From Bdellovibrionota bacterium (GTDB taxonomy: Bacteria > Bdellovibrionota_C > UBA2361), in the NCBI GenBank assembly GCA_044352465.1, contig JBILDU010000001.1, positions 1 through 64,000 on the forward strand: 64,000 nucleotides of DNA, read 5' to 3'. The translations under genes were made by a program, and so were the position numbers. Of this stretch, positions 8,736 through 18,901 are shown piece after piece. The notes beneath the pieces were generated by a model. It ran no database searches. It saw only the letters and a list, made by a program, of their open reading frames with translations, and had not been told where the DNA came from. Every line of letters begins with the position of its first letter. Position 1 is the stretch's first letter.

Positions 8736-9733
8736 TGAAACCGCGGGACGACATATCACACGACGGGGGTGCCCGGATCGTGACCCACCACCTGCGCGTG
8801 ACCTTCGGCGACTTCTTAGCGCTCGACCTCCCCGACACGAATCTCGCCGGGAAGGTCATCGCGGTGATCGGACACAACGGGGCAGGGAAGTCGACTTTTA
8901 TCAAAACGATCCTGAACCTTCTCCTGCCCAGCCGGGGAACCGTACGCGTGACCGACACCCGTGAGAACGTCGTTACTCCACTCGTCCCGGAGCAACACCT
9001 CGCTTTCTGCCCTGAGATGGGGGCGGTCTTCGCCGATATAACGGTCGAGAGCTACGTGAAGCTGTGGTGCCGTTTCAAGCAGCGCGACGTCCACTATTAC
9101 CGCCGTGCGGGAAGCCGCTATATCGAACTCTTGAGCATCGCGCCGCTTTTTAGAAAGCTGGGGCGAGAGCTCTCGAAAGGTCAGCGGCGGCGGGTCCAAA
9201 CCGCGATCGGATTTCTGACCGACCCCAGACTTTTTCTCTTCGATGAACCCTTCGATGGACTCGATGTGCAGCGCACGAATGAGCTTTCCAATCTCATCGC
9301 TGCAGAGTCAGGCGAACGCTCATTCGTTATCTCATCCCACCGTATGGACGTGGTCGAACAGCTTGCTGATGTCATCGTTGTGCTCCGTGAGGGGAAGGCG
9401 CTCGCTGCCGGCACGGTTGAAAACGTGTGCGGGCAGTTATGTGGACAGAGTGCCACCATCAGTCGCGTCGAGGACCCCGCAATGCTCATCGCTGCGCTCG
9501 AGGCGCGATACCCCGAGACCCTCGTCACCCGCATCGGTCAACAGGTATCGATTACGGGGCCCGGCGTCGAGTTCAACGAACTGCGCCGGTTTGTCATCAA
9601 TGAGGTCACCCCAGCAGCGTCTCTTGAGCCAGTTCATCCTCGCCTGGTTGACGCGATGAACTACCACCTCCTCTCGCTCCGCGGTATCGCGGCAAAGACC
9701 TCGGACAAAGCCGCGGGCGCTGCCGCCGAATAG
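8735..9733 (+). CDS. ABC transporter ATP-binding protein
   Basis: Walker A GHNGAGKS, signature LSKGQ, Walker B FLFDEP, H-loop SSH. Confidence 0.92.
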   Translation: MKPRDDISHDGGARIVTHHLRVTFGDFLALDLPDTNLAGKVIAVIGHNGAGKSTFIKTILNLLLPSRGTVRVTDTRENVVTPLVPEQHLAFCPEMGAVFADITVESYVKLWCRFKQRDVHYYRRAGSRYIELLSIAPLFRKLGRELSKGQRRRVQTAIGFLTDPRLFLFDEPFDGLDVQRTNELSNLIAAESGERSFVISSHRMDVVEQLADVIVVLREGKALAAGTVENVCGQLCGQSATISRVEDPAMLIAALEARYPETLVTRIGQQVSITGPGVEFNELRRFVINEVTPAASLEPVHPRLVDAMNYHLLSLRGIAAKTSDKAAGAAAE

Positions 9734-9818
9734 CACCTAACTCGCTGTATTTACGAGACTTATCAACCAAAAGCGGCGCCTGACACCCGCGCGCTTTGCT
9801 GCTATAACCGAGCTCTCC

Positions 9819-10109
9819 ATGAAAGCCAAACTACTCACCGAAGATGAGATCGCCACGGAACTTGCCCGAACACCAGGATGGTCCATAATCGGGGGGAAGC
9901 TCCGACGGGAGGTTGTTTTTTCGAACTTCGTGGAAGCGTTCGGGTTCATGACCCGGGCCGCTCTCGTATCTGAGGCGAGAAATCATCACCCGGAATGGTT
10001 AAACATGTACAATTCGGTTCGGATCGACCTCTCGACCCACGCCGCTGGCGGACTCACCGCACTCGACTTTGAGTGGGCGCGGGCCGCCAACCAACTTTTG
10101 ACGGAATAA
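9819..10109 (+). CDS. phhB: Pterin-4-alpha-carbinolamine dehydratase
   Basis: NHHPEW and LSTHAAGGLTALD motifs. Confidence 0.9.
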   Translation: MKAKLLTEDEIATELARTPGWSIIGGKLRREVVFSNFVEAFGFMTRAALVSEARNHHPEWLNMYNSVRIDLSTHAAGGLTALDFEWARAANQLLTE

Positions 10110-10127
10110 TCACGCGGTAATCGTCCC

Positions 10128-12851
10128 ATGCTCACCTACGTCGCAAAAAAGATCTTCGGCACCCGTAATGATCGGATCCTCAAATCACTCCGCCCTCTCG
10201 TGAACCGAGTCAACGAGCTTGAGGCCACTTACCAGGTGATGGACGACGCAACGCTGCAACGTCAGACAGCGGTATTCCGTGAGCGACTCGCGAACGGTGA
10301 AAGCCTCGACAACCTCCAAGCAGAGGCGTTCGCCGTCGTTCGTGAAGGTGCACGTCGAGCCCTTGGGCTGCGTCATTTCGACGTGCAGCTCATCGGGGGT
10401 GCGGTGCTCCACGGCGGCCGAATCGCGGAGATGCGAACCGGCGAAGGGAAAACGCTTATGGCGACCCTCCCCGCGTATCTCAACGCTCTCGCGGGAAAAG
10501 GAGTACACGTTGTCACCGTCAACGACTATCTCGCCCGCCGGGACTCGGACTGGATGGGACGGCTCTATAACTTCCTCGGCCTCTCCGTTGGCGTAGTTTA
10601 CGCTGGGCTCGACGAGCAGACAAAGCGGACCGCGTACGGATCCGATATTACCTACGGCCAAAACAACGAGTTCGGCTTCGATTACCTCCGCGACAACATG
10701 AAGTTTACCGCGAGCGAGATGTTTCAGCGCGGGCACGCATTCGCTATCGTCGACGAAGTAGATTCGATCCTCATCGACGAAGCGCGAACCCCTCTCATCA
10801 TCTCGGGGCCGGCCGACGACCCGACCGATGAGTACCACAAGATTAATAAGATCGTTCCTCACCTCAAAAAAGGTGATCACTTCGAGATGGATCTGAAGAC
10901 GAAACAGCCCTCACTCACCGAAGCAGGGGTTGCGCAAGCAGAGAAACTTCTCGGCGTTGAGAATCTCTACGATCCGACCAACATCCAAACCCTTCACCAC
11001 GTCACGCAAGGTCTGCGCGCGCACACGACGATGGAGCGCGATGTTGACTACGTCGTCAAGGATGGTCAGGTCATTATCGTCGATGAGTTCACCGGTCGCC
11101 TCATGCCCGGCCGGCGGTGGTCGAACGGACTGCACCAAGCCGTCGAAGCGAAAGAGGGGCTCAAGATCGCGCGAGAGAATCAAACCTTGGCGTCGATCAC
11201 CTTCCAAAACTACTTCCGCATGTACTCGAAGCTCGCCGGCATGACGGGAACAGCCGATACCGAGGCGGTCGAGTTTAAGCAGATCTACAACCTCGAGGTT
11301 GTTTCTATCCCCACCAACATGCCGATGGTGCGAGATGACCAAAGCGATAAGGTATATCGCACCCGTAAGGAAAAGTATCAGGCCGTCATCGACGATATCA
11401 CCGAGATTTCAAAAACCGGGCAACCGATCCTTGTTGGAACGATCAGCATCGAACAGAGCGAGTCGCTATCACGCCTCCTGAAAGAGCTTCGCATCGCACA
11501 CAACGTGCTGAACGCCAAGCAGCATGAGCGCGAGGCGGAGATCGTTGCCCAAGCGGGACGACTCGGCGCGGTGACCATCTCAACGAATATGGCTGGCCGC
11601 GGGACCGATATCGTCCTGGGGGGCAATCCTGAGTTTCTCGCCCAAGCCGAGGCCCAGACGAGAGATCGAACCGATCCGAATTTCATCGCGGCGCTGGAGA
11701 AGTTTCGCACTACCTGCCGCGAAGAGCGGGAACGCGTCCTCACCGCCGGGGGACTTTTCATCATGGGCACCGAGCGTCACGAGTCGCGCCGGATCGACAA
11801 TCAGTTGCGTGGCCGCGCCGGACGCCAGGGCGATCCCGGAACATCGCGCTTTTACGTGTCGCTTGAGGACGATCTCATGCTCCGATTCGGTGGTGATCGG
11901 ATGCAAGCCCTCATGAAAAAGCTCGGCTGGGAAGAGGGTATGGCGATCGACGGCAATCTTATCAGCCGCTCAATTGAGAACGCCCAGAAACGGGTCGAAG
12001 GTTTCCACTTCGATAGCCGCAAACACGTCACCGAATACGACGACGTGATGAACAAGCAACGCCAGGTCATCTACGGACTCCGCAATCGCGTTCTGAACAA
12101 CGAGCACCTCCGCGACGAGATCATGACGCTCGTGGATGATCTTATCGAAGACGCCGTTTTCACCGCATGCGACGAGAGGGCTCGCCCGACCGAGTGGAAC
12201 CTGAAACAGCTCGGTGAACGTTTCGAATTCCTCTTTGCAATAAAAAACGTCCTGAAAGACGATCTCGAACTCGATCGTCAAAAGATATTTGATCACCTCC
12301 GGCAGGTCGCGCGAGAGGAGTACACCGCGCGGTCAGCCCGAACGGATGAGCGGCTCAGGGAGATCGACGCGATCTTCAAACAGCAAAACCCGAACTTCGT
12401 TGTGGGCGACTTTAGCTCGGTGCAGCAGTCGACCTTCCTTGAGCTCCTTGATCATCTCTGGAACATGCACCTGCACGAGATGGATCACCTCCGAGAGGGG
12501 ATCGGCTGGCGCGGCATGGGGCAGAAAAATCCCCTCCACGAGTACCAACGCGAGGCCTTCCTCCTCTTTCAAGAGTTAATGACGACGCTGCGCGAGCAGG
12601 TGGTGCGGCGACTCTTCTACTATCACGCACCTGATCCTCGCGATTTGGTCGCTCACCTCGAGGCCGAGCGCCAACGCCGGGAAGCGGTCGAGGAGAACAT
12701 GCAGCTCGTGCACCCGTCCGCAGCCGAAGAGACCGGATCAACCGAACCGCCCGCGGCCACCAACGGCGAAGGGCCAGGGAAGTCAGTTGACGATCAACGC
12801 GCCCGGCTCGAGGCGCAAAAAAAGGTTCGGCGGCAGCAGACGCGGCGCTAA
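10128..12851 (+). CDS. secA: Preprotein translocase subunit SecA
   Basis: EMRTGEGKT, DEVDSILIDEARTPLIISG, TNMAGRGTDI and RRIDNQLRGRAGRQGDPG. Confidence 0.98.
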   Translation: MLTYVAKKIFGTRNDRILKSLRPLVNRVNELEATYQVMDDATLQRQTAVFRERLANGESLDNLQAEAFAVVREGARRALGLRHFDVQLIGGAVLHGGRIAEMRTGEGKTLMATLPAYLNALAGKGVHVVTVNDYLARRDSDWMGRLYNFLGLSVGVVYAGLDEQTKRTAYGSDITYGQNNEFGFDYLRDNMKFTASEMFQRGHAFAIVDEVDSILIDEARTPLIISGPADDPTDEYHKINKIVPHLKKGDHFEMDLKTKQPSLTEAGVAQAEKLLGVENLYDPTNIQTLHHVTQGLRAHTTMERDVDYVVKDGQVIIVDEFTGRLMPGRRWSNGLHQAVEAKEGLKIARENQTLASITFQNYFRMYSKLAGMTGTADTEAVEFKQIYNLEVVSIPTNMPMVRDDQSDKVYRTRKEKYQAVIDDITEISKTGQPILVGTISIEQSESLSRLLKELRIAHNVLNAKQHEREAEIVAQAGRLGAVTISTNMAGRGTDIVLGGNPEFLAQAEAQTRDRTDPNFIAALEKFRTTCREERERVLTAGGLFIMGTERHESRRIDNQLRGRAGRQGDPGTSRFYVSLEDDLMLRFGGDRMQALMKKLGWEEGMAIDGNLISRSIENAQKRVEGFHFDSRKHVTEYDDVMNKQRQVIYGLRNRVLNNEHLRDEIMTLVDDLIEDAVFTACDERARPTEWNLKQLGERFEFLFAIKNVLKDDLELDRQKIFDHLRQVAREEYTARSARTDERLREIDAIFKQQNPNFVVGDFSSVQQSTFLELLDHLWNMHLHEMDHLREGIGWRGMGQKNPLHEYQREAFLLFQELMTTLREQVVRRLFYYHAPDPRDLVAHLEAERQRREAVEENMQLVHPSAAEETGSTEPPAATNGEGPGKSVDDQRARLEAQKKVRRQQTRR

Positions 12852-13103
12852 ACGGGCGACGAACACCGCCTGAGAGGATCGAGGGAAGGACAGGGCTTTT
12901 GAATGCTCGGTGCTCCGACGCGCCGTTGAATAAGAGCGCTCAACCAAAGGTCTCCCGGGGCGAGGGCCGATCTTGGCGAATCCGCAGCGCCAACCTCGTG
13001 GCGAGAGCCGGGTGACCCAAGAAGCCGCCTCCGCGCTCGAAGTCCCGTCATACAGCCTCCTTCGTTCGACACACCCGAAGAGTTCGAGGTATAGTGCGCC
13101 CCT

Positions 13104-14330
13104 ATGCGGCCATTCTCCCTGTATATCCACATCCCGTACTGTTTTCACAAATGTCCGTATTGTGACTTTAACACCTACGCGGTACCGCGGATGCCCGAAG
13201 AGGAGTACGTTGCAGCGCTCCTCGCCGAGCTCGATACTCGCGCGGCGACCCCTTATTTTCAGGGTCGAAAGGTACAGACCGTCTATTTTGGCGGCGGCAC
13301 TCCCTCGCTCCTCTCCGTCAGGGGCGTTGAACGGATCCTTGAGCGGATTCGCGCGACCTTTGAGTGGGACCGCGGTATGGAGATATCGCTCGAAACTAAC
13401 CCCGGAAGTGTCACCACGGAGCTCTTGGGTGGCTATCACGCGGCCGGGGTCAACCGCCTGAGCTTCGGGGCCCAATCGCTTAACTCCGCAACCCTTCGCG
13501 CACTCGGGCGTATTCACACTCCTGAACAGGTCGAACATGCGGTTGTAACCGCCCGGCAGAGTAGCTTCAAAAACATCAGCATCGACTTGATGTTCGGGGC
13601 ACCAGAGCAAACCGTAGCGGATCTCGAAGCCGATATCGCGGCGGCTGCGAAGCTCGCGCCCCAGCATATCTCCACATACGGCCTCACGATCGAAAAAGGC
13701 ACCCCGTTCTTCGTGGCCTACAAACGGGGCACTCTCAAGCTTCCGCCCGAGGATGTGGTGGTCACGATGCTCGAACGTTCGAGCGAGCTTCTCGAAAGCT
13801 TTGGGTATCATCGCTACGAAATTAGCAACTATGCTCACACTGGCTACGAGGCGCAGCACAACCTGGCATACTGGAACGGTGACGATTATCTTGGTCTCGG
13901 CGCGGGGGCGCACAGCTATGTTCGCGCCGCAACGCCGACCCTGTCGACTTGGGGTGAACGGTGGTCGAACTACGCCCCACCCACAAGCTATATGAGCGAG
14001 GCGCAGAATCGGGGGATAGCTACCTCGTGGAGCGACACCCTCGATCTGAGTGGCGCGATGTTCGAATACTTCTTTCTTGGACTGCGCAAATTGAAAGGGG
14101 TTTCGCTCAAGGACTTCGAGCGAGTATTTCCCTTTACCGCGCATCAGGTATACGCCGAACAGATTCGTACCCTGACCGAACACGACCTTCTGCTCTTGTA
14201 TGGCGATATGTTACGCTTGTCGCCGCGCGGGCTGATGGTGGCCGATTCGGTCATCGAGCGATTCGCCAAGCCGGAGATACCGCCGACCAAACTAACGGAA
14301 TTACCGAAACCTGAGGAGCGACAACGATGA
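13104..14330 (+). CDS. hemW: Radical SAM heme chaperone HemW
   Basis: YIHIPYCFHKCPYCDFN, GGGTPS, YEISNY and HNLAYW. Confidence 0.92.
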   Translation: MRPFSLYIHIPYCFHKCPYCDFNTYAVPRMPEEEYVAALLAELDTRAATPYFQGRKVQTVYFGGGTPSLLSVRGVERILERIRATFEWDRGMEISLETNPGSVTTELLGGYHAAGVNRLSFGAQSLNSATLRALGRIHTPEQVEHAVVTARQSSFKNISIDLMFGAPEQTVADLEADIAAAAKLAPQHISTYGLTIEKGTPFFVAYKRGTLKLPPEDVVVTMLERSSELLESFGYHRYEISNYAHTGYEAQHNLAYWNGDDYLGLGAGAHSYVRAATPTLSTWGERWSNYAPPTSYMSEAQNRGIATSWSDTLDLSGAMFEYFFLGLRKLKGVSLKDFERVFPFTAHQVYAEQIRTLTEHDLLLLYGDMLRLSPRGLMVADSVIERFAKPEIPPTKLTELPKPEERQR

Positions 14331-15394
14331 ATAGCGCAGCGAATTCTTTCTGTTCAGGATGTGGCGAAGCGCTACCAGCCGGCGCGAAATTTTGCCCAAG
14401 CTGTGGGACCGCTATAGGACGACCGAAGCGGCCCGTGGTCACACTCTCCCCCCAACGCATCCTGGCGCTCCTCGGGGCAGCCGGACTCGTTTTTGGTTTC
14501 GCCTGGACGGCTCAAAATGAGCTTGCCGGAGCAAAGCCGACGGGGCACTTCCAATCTCCGACCGAGCCACCAAGCGCCACACTCTCAGCCGAGCTTAAAA
14601 CGCTCATCGAGGGCGCCCGTTCCCGTCCCGACGACCTGGCTGGATGGAAGATTCTGACGACGGCGCTCGTGCGCGAGCTCCAAAGCGCGGAACGACCGTC
14701 GACCGAGATTGTTTTTGAATCGATGGATGCACTCACCAACGTTTTGCGCCTTAACCCTAAGGATCCTGATGCACTCATCGCATTCGCGGACCTGTCGTTC
14801 AACCAACAGGTTTTTGATAAAGCGATCGGTCTCTATGAGCGCTACCTGGTTGAGCAGCCGGAAGACCTCGGCGCTCGGAGCCGTTACGCGAGCTCTCTGG
14901 CGTTTGTTCAACGCTACCCCGATGCGGTGAAGGAGCTGCAGGCCGTGATCGCAAAAGATCCCGCGAACTTCCACGCACTGGCCTACCTCGCGATAACCTA
15001 CGCCCAGATGGGTAACCAGAAAGAGGCTCTCACGACCGGGGAAAAGGCCATGAAGATAGCCCCGTCCGATGAAGCGCGAGCTCGATTTGCCGACTTCCTT
15101 AAAACGGTCCAGGGCGAGGCAACGGCGGGAGGTCAAGCACCGCCGAGCAAGGATCCGGAGGTTGTCGCATTTCTAAGAAACAATCCCATCGCCGGACCGA
15201 AATTTGTTCGTTTCGAGGAGCGGGGAGGGGAGATGCGCGTCTTTTTTAAAGACTTCCCGATGGAACAGATGCCTCCATTTGCGAAGGACAAATTTCTCGG
15301 TGGGGTGCGCGCTGCAGCCAAAGGACTTCAACGGATCGTGTTCCTCGATGCCGCCTCTGGGCGCGAACTTGAGAAAGTTGAGCTCGCCAACTGA
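14327..15394 (+). CDS. Zinc-ribbon / TM / TPR protein
   Basis: CSGC...FCPSCG zinc ribbon, one TM helix, TPR-like repeats; overlaps the hemW stop (ATGA). Confidence 0.75.
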   Translation: MNSAANSFCSGCGEALPAGAKFCPSCGTAIGRPKRPVVTLSPQRILALLGAAGLVFGFAWTAQNELAGAKPTGHFQSPTEPPSATLSAELKTLIEGARSRPDDLAGWKILTTALVRELQSAERPSTEIVFESMDALTNVLRLNPKDPDALIAFADLSFNQQVFDKAIGLYERYLVEQPEDLGARSRYASSLAFVQRYPDAVKELQAVIAKDPANFHALAYLAITYAQMGNQKEALTTGEKAMKIAPSDEARARFADFLKTVQGEATAGGQAPPSKDPEVVAFLRNNPIAGPKFVRFEERGGEMRVFFKDFPMEQMPPFAKDKFLGGVRAAAKGLQRIVFLDAASGRELEKVELAN

Positions 15395-15480
15395 GCGGGG
15401 CACCGCTTCGAAAATCAGAAAGCATCCAGCTGGGGTGCTTCTTAAGGCGGTGCCGCGAAAGGGGCATCGTCGGGCTATCC

Positions 15481-16110
15481 CTACGCAAAACGTAAGCTTA
15501 AAAGCCACAACCCGTAGAGGCAAAGAAATAATAATCCCCCACGTCGGAGGCGGCTCCAGTGGGGCCGTGCGGATCGATCGAACCCCCGTAGACAGAGCCA
15601 GGCACCCAGTCCAACCCAGCCCCAGAAGAGGACATTCGCAAGGAGCTGGAGTAGCGGATGAGTATGCGGGCTTACTGCAGGTTCAATTTGATAAGGGTTC
15701 GAGCCCCGTAACATGGCGACTTTTGCACGTGCCTCGGCTAACCGCTCCGCGCGTGCCGTGTCGAGGAAGGAGAGGGGGTGACGCGAAGAGTGAATGGCGC
15801 TTACCAAAAGATCATAACCTCGCACACGCTCCTCTAATGAGCGCGCCTCATCCGCCAGCAAACGGAGAAGTTCTCTCTGCGCCTCCTCCGCGTAAGAATT
15901 ACCGGGAAATCCCCACCGACCGGCCTCAGCATAGGCTGTGACACCACCGCGGAAATCCCCCTGTTCTAACGCGGCCCGAGCTCGAACCGTGGCGGCGTAC
16001 GATTCATAGAAAGCCCGGCAAAAAATGGGCAAGAGGAAGACCGCGACCCCCAGGAGCGCGTAGACCACGGGGCGTATCAGCCGCTCCCTCTTCAGGCTGA
16101 CAGTCGTCAC
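15481..16110 (-). CDS. Hypothetical membrane protein
   Basis: Three TM segments; start overlaps the stop of the upstream GT2 gene. Confidence 0.6.
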   Translation of the reverse strand: MTTVSLKRERLIRPVVYALLGVAVFLLPIFCRAFYESYAATVRARAALEQGDFRGGVTAYAEAGRWGFPGNSYAEEAQRELLRLLADEARSLEERVRGYDLLVSAIHSSRHPLSFLDTARAERLAEARAKVAMLRGSNPYQIEPAVSPHTHPLLQLLANVLFWGWVGLGAWLCLRGFDRSARPHWSRLRRGGLLFLCLYGLWLLSLRFA

Positions 16111-17057
16111 CGATCATCCTTCGACGTGAAGTTAACAAACGGCGCATACTGGCGCGAATCTTCGGCTTCAAACAACTTGTCGCCCCGCTCCAGCCGCAAC
16201 GACGCGATCTGCTCCGCGATAAGCCCCAAAAGGAAAACAATAATCGATGAGTTAATCAACAGATGGGCCATATTGGTAAAGGTATGTTCGGTAAGATAGG
16301 TATAGGCGTAGCGACCGAGTCCCAAAAAGAATAGAAACGAGCTCACCGGGAGAAACACCCGCAGCGGGGAATACATCATCGCGATCTTCACGATAATCAC
16401 GAAAAACTCAAAACCATCATGGAGGAGGCGAATTTTACTCTTCCCCGCGCGGCCCCTTGTTTTAATCGGAACGTACTTTACCGAACGACCCGAACGAATA
16501 AAGGCGAGAGTAGAGGTAGTTGGGTATGAGAAGCGATTCGGAAACATGTCGCAGAACCGTAGCGCATCTTGCCGACGCATCGCCCTCAAGCCGCTCGTCA
16601 GATCCTCGATCCGGAAACTCGCTAAAAATGAGGCGAAACGGTTATAGATCCAATTAGCCACGTCGCGATGCTTCGCCGTTTCGGATCCCTTCTGTCGCGC
16701 TCCCACCACCATATGATAGTCGGGAATAAAAGTGAGAAGACGGGGGATATCGCGCGGGTCGTGCTGCCCATCGCCATCGAGAAAAACAACTACCCGGCCG
16801 CGAGCAGAACGGATTCCCGTTTTAACCGCCGCGCCGTTCCCGATGTTGTAAGGGTGTGAGATGACCCGAGCTCCAGCGAGGCTCGCCTTCTGGGCCGTCG
16901 CGTCAGTGCTCCCATCATCGACGACCACGATCTCTGTTTGGGGAAGTTCCAACGCCCGAATGGCGTGGACAACCCCACCGATTCCCGCCTCTTCGTTAAA
17001 GGTGGGAACGATAATCGAGAGAAGGGTCTCGTGGTCAGTCATACACTCAGGAGCCAT
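16107..17057 (-). CDS. Glycosyltransferase family 2 (polyprenol-phosphate glycosyltransferase-like)
   Basis: SIIVPTFNEE, VVDDGSTD and DGDGQHDP motifs, two C-terminal TMs; start at 17057 or 17042. Confidence 0.9.
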   Translation of the reverse strand: MAPECMTDHETLLSIIVPTFNEEAGIGGVVHAIRALELPQTEIVVVDDGSTDATAQKASLAGARVISHPYNIGNGAAVKTGIRSARGRVVVFLDGDGQHDPRDIPRLLTFIPDYHMVVGARQKGSETAKHRDVANWIYNRFASFLASFRIEDLTSGLRAMRRQDALRFCDMFPNRFSYPTTSTLAFIRSGRSVKYVPIKTRGRAGKSKIRLLHDGFEFFVIIVKIAMMYSPLRVFLPVSSFLFFLGLGRYAYTYLTEHTFTNMAHLLINSSIIVFLLGLIAEQIASLRLERGDKLFEAEDSRQYAPFVNFTSKDDR

Positions 17058-17405
17058 AGCAATCTCTGTTTCCCTGGGGGGCGCTTCGGTGGAACGCGCT
17101 CCGACCGCAGCGTGCACGCCAGTTGGCGAAGCACCCCAAAGAATCGCATCGCCTCAAGCGAATCGCGACTCGGGACATCTGCCTAAACCTCATGGGGAGA
17201 ACCCACTCTGTGTGATCTTAGATGCGCGGTGGCACCCGAGATTACGCGTTTTTATCTACCAACCTGTTGAAAGAGCAACCAACATGCTGAAACTACTCCC
17301 GAAGTGCCCCATAATCCCGATTATATTAATTCAATAGCAACTTAGCTTAAAGTTCGCTAAAATTAATCTTGCTGCACGAATATTTATATTAATTCTAGGA
17401 TTTTT

Positions 17406-18845
17406 ATGGCCTCTGTCGAACTGCGTAATTTTCTTGAGATACCCTACGATGAGCTTGAAGAGAGGAACCTGGAGGCTAAACGAAAGGTAGAGAAGCGCAC
17501 CCCCGAAGGCGAGCTCAAAGATTTCTATCTTAAGTACCTCCACGAGGAGAAACGACTTAAAGCGGTCACCGTGTGCTTCTCCGATATTGAGGGACGCTTT
17601 CACATGCTCGACTACGACAAGAAGTTTCTCCTCTCGTCGTATGACAACCTCACCTTCGACGGCTCTTCGATCCGCGGCTTCTCCGTCGTCAAAGAATCGG
17701 ATCTTCGTCTCGAGGTTGATTGGGGCTCTTTTCGCTGGCTCCCGAGCGATGTTTTTGGCCCGGGCAAGGTAATCGTCTTCGCCTACATCAAAGACAAAGA
17801 TGGTTCGCACTATCATTCAGACATGCGGGGCCGTCTCAAGCAGTATTGCGACAAACTTGCCCAACAAGGGCTCACCGCCAACATTTCGGTCGAATGCGAG
17901 GGATTCCTCTTTGAGGGCGTCAACGCTGAGCAGACCTTTAACTCTCGCGATGGGTTTAAACTCGTCTCCAGTGGGGGATATTACAACTCTCTACCAAAGG
18001 ACCCCCTCAAACTTTTCATCGACACCCTAGCGGAAGCGCAACGCTCCCTCGCCTTCGAGAACGAAAAAGATCACCCCGAAGTAGCGCCCTCTCAATTCGA
18101 GCTCAACTACAAGTACTGCGACGCCCTCCTCGCCGCCGACCAGCTTCAGCTTTATAAGCTTGTGGCGCGCCAGGTTGCGGCGAACATGGGCATGACGGCG
18201 TGTTTTCTCCCGAAACCGATCGCCGGTATTAACGGAAGCGGCATGCACTGCAACATGTCGCTCTCGCGGAAAGGTAAAAACATCTTCTACGACGCCAATG
18301 GTGAAGACAACCTCTCAACGGAGGCGTGGAATTTCGTCGATCGCCTGCTGAACAACGCGAACGACATCTGCCTTATCTTAAACCCGAGTGTTAACGCGTA
18401 TCGTCGGCTCGATCCCCATTTCGAGGCACCGAACCAGATCAAGTCTTCGGCGGTCGATCGCACGTCGATGGTGCGGATTCCCCTCGGAAACGAAAAGTCA
18501 GCGCGGATAGAGGTTCGGACGGTTGCCCCCGACGCGAACCCTTATCTCTCGTTCCTCATCCTCCTGCAGACGGGGCTCGAGGGACCGATGACGGAGCAGA
18601 TCTCGTCTGAGGCCCGACGAACCCGCACCCGCTTCCTTCCCGGAAACGTCTACGATGCGGCCCGTCTCTTTAAGGGAAGCGCTTTTATCGCGGAGATGAT
18701 CGGCGAAGAGAACAAGGAGAAGTTCGTCGATCGAAAGCTGGCCTCGGCCGATCGATGTCCGCGTGACCTCGGAACCTTGGTCAAAACAAGCGAGATACTG
18801 TTCCACCACGAGGTAACGAATCAATATCTCTGGTCGCAGTTTTAA
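17406..18845 (+). CDS. glnA: Glutamine synthetase (type I-like, divergent)
   Basis: FDGSSIRGF, HPEVAPSQFE, PKP..GINGSGMH, NAYRRL.P.FEAP and RIEVR..APDANPYL. Confidence 0.88.
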   Translation: MASVELRNFLEIPYDELEERNLEAKRKVEKRTPEGELKDFYLKYLHEEKRLKAVTVCFSDIEGRFHMLDYDKKFLLSSYDNLTFDGSSIRGFSVVKESDLRLEVDWGSFRWLPSDVFGPGKVIVFAYIKDKDGSHYHSDMRGRLKQYCDKLAQQGLTANISVECEGFLFEGVNAEQTFNSRDGFKLVSSGGYYNSLPKDPLKLFIDTLAEAQRSLAFENEKDHPEVAPSQFELNYKYCDALLAADQLQLYKLVARQVAANMGMTACFLPKPIAGINGSGMHCNMSLSRKGKNIFYDANGEDNLSTEAWNFVDRLLNNANDICLILNPSVNAYRRLDPHFEAPNQIKSSAVDRTSMVRIPLGNEKSARIEVRTVAPDANPYLSFLILLQTGLEGPMTEQISSEARRTRTRFLPGNVYDAARLFKGSAFIAEMIGEENKEKFVDRKLASADRCPRDLGTLVKTSEILFHHEVTNQYLWSQF

Positions 18846-18865
18846 GAGCTTATCTCGCAGGGTGC

Positions 18866-18901
18866 GCTTAAAAGTCCCCACTCTCACGGGGACTTTTAAG
18901 C
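18866..18901. terminator. Stem-loop after glnA
   Basis: gcttaaaagtcccc-actctcac-ggggacttttaagc, 14-bp perfect stem. Confidence 0.65.

Noticed and set aside
12852..13103. Possible ncRNA (6S or SRP) between secA and hemW
   Set aside because: Only short chance-level similarities; no recognisable conserved core. An Infernal/Rfam search would be needed
12783..14183. 466-aa minus-strand ORF
   Set aside because: Antisense shadow of hemW with no motifs; the same applies to most short overlapping ORFs in the track
17230..17245. Sigma54 promoter for glnA (TGGCAC...)
   Set aside because: No GC at the -12 position at the required spacing
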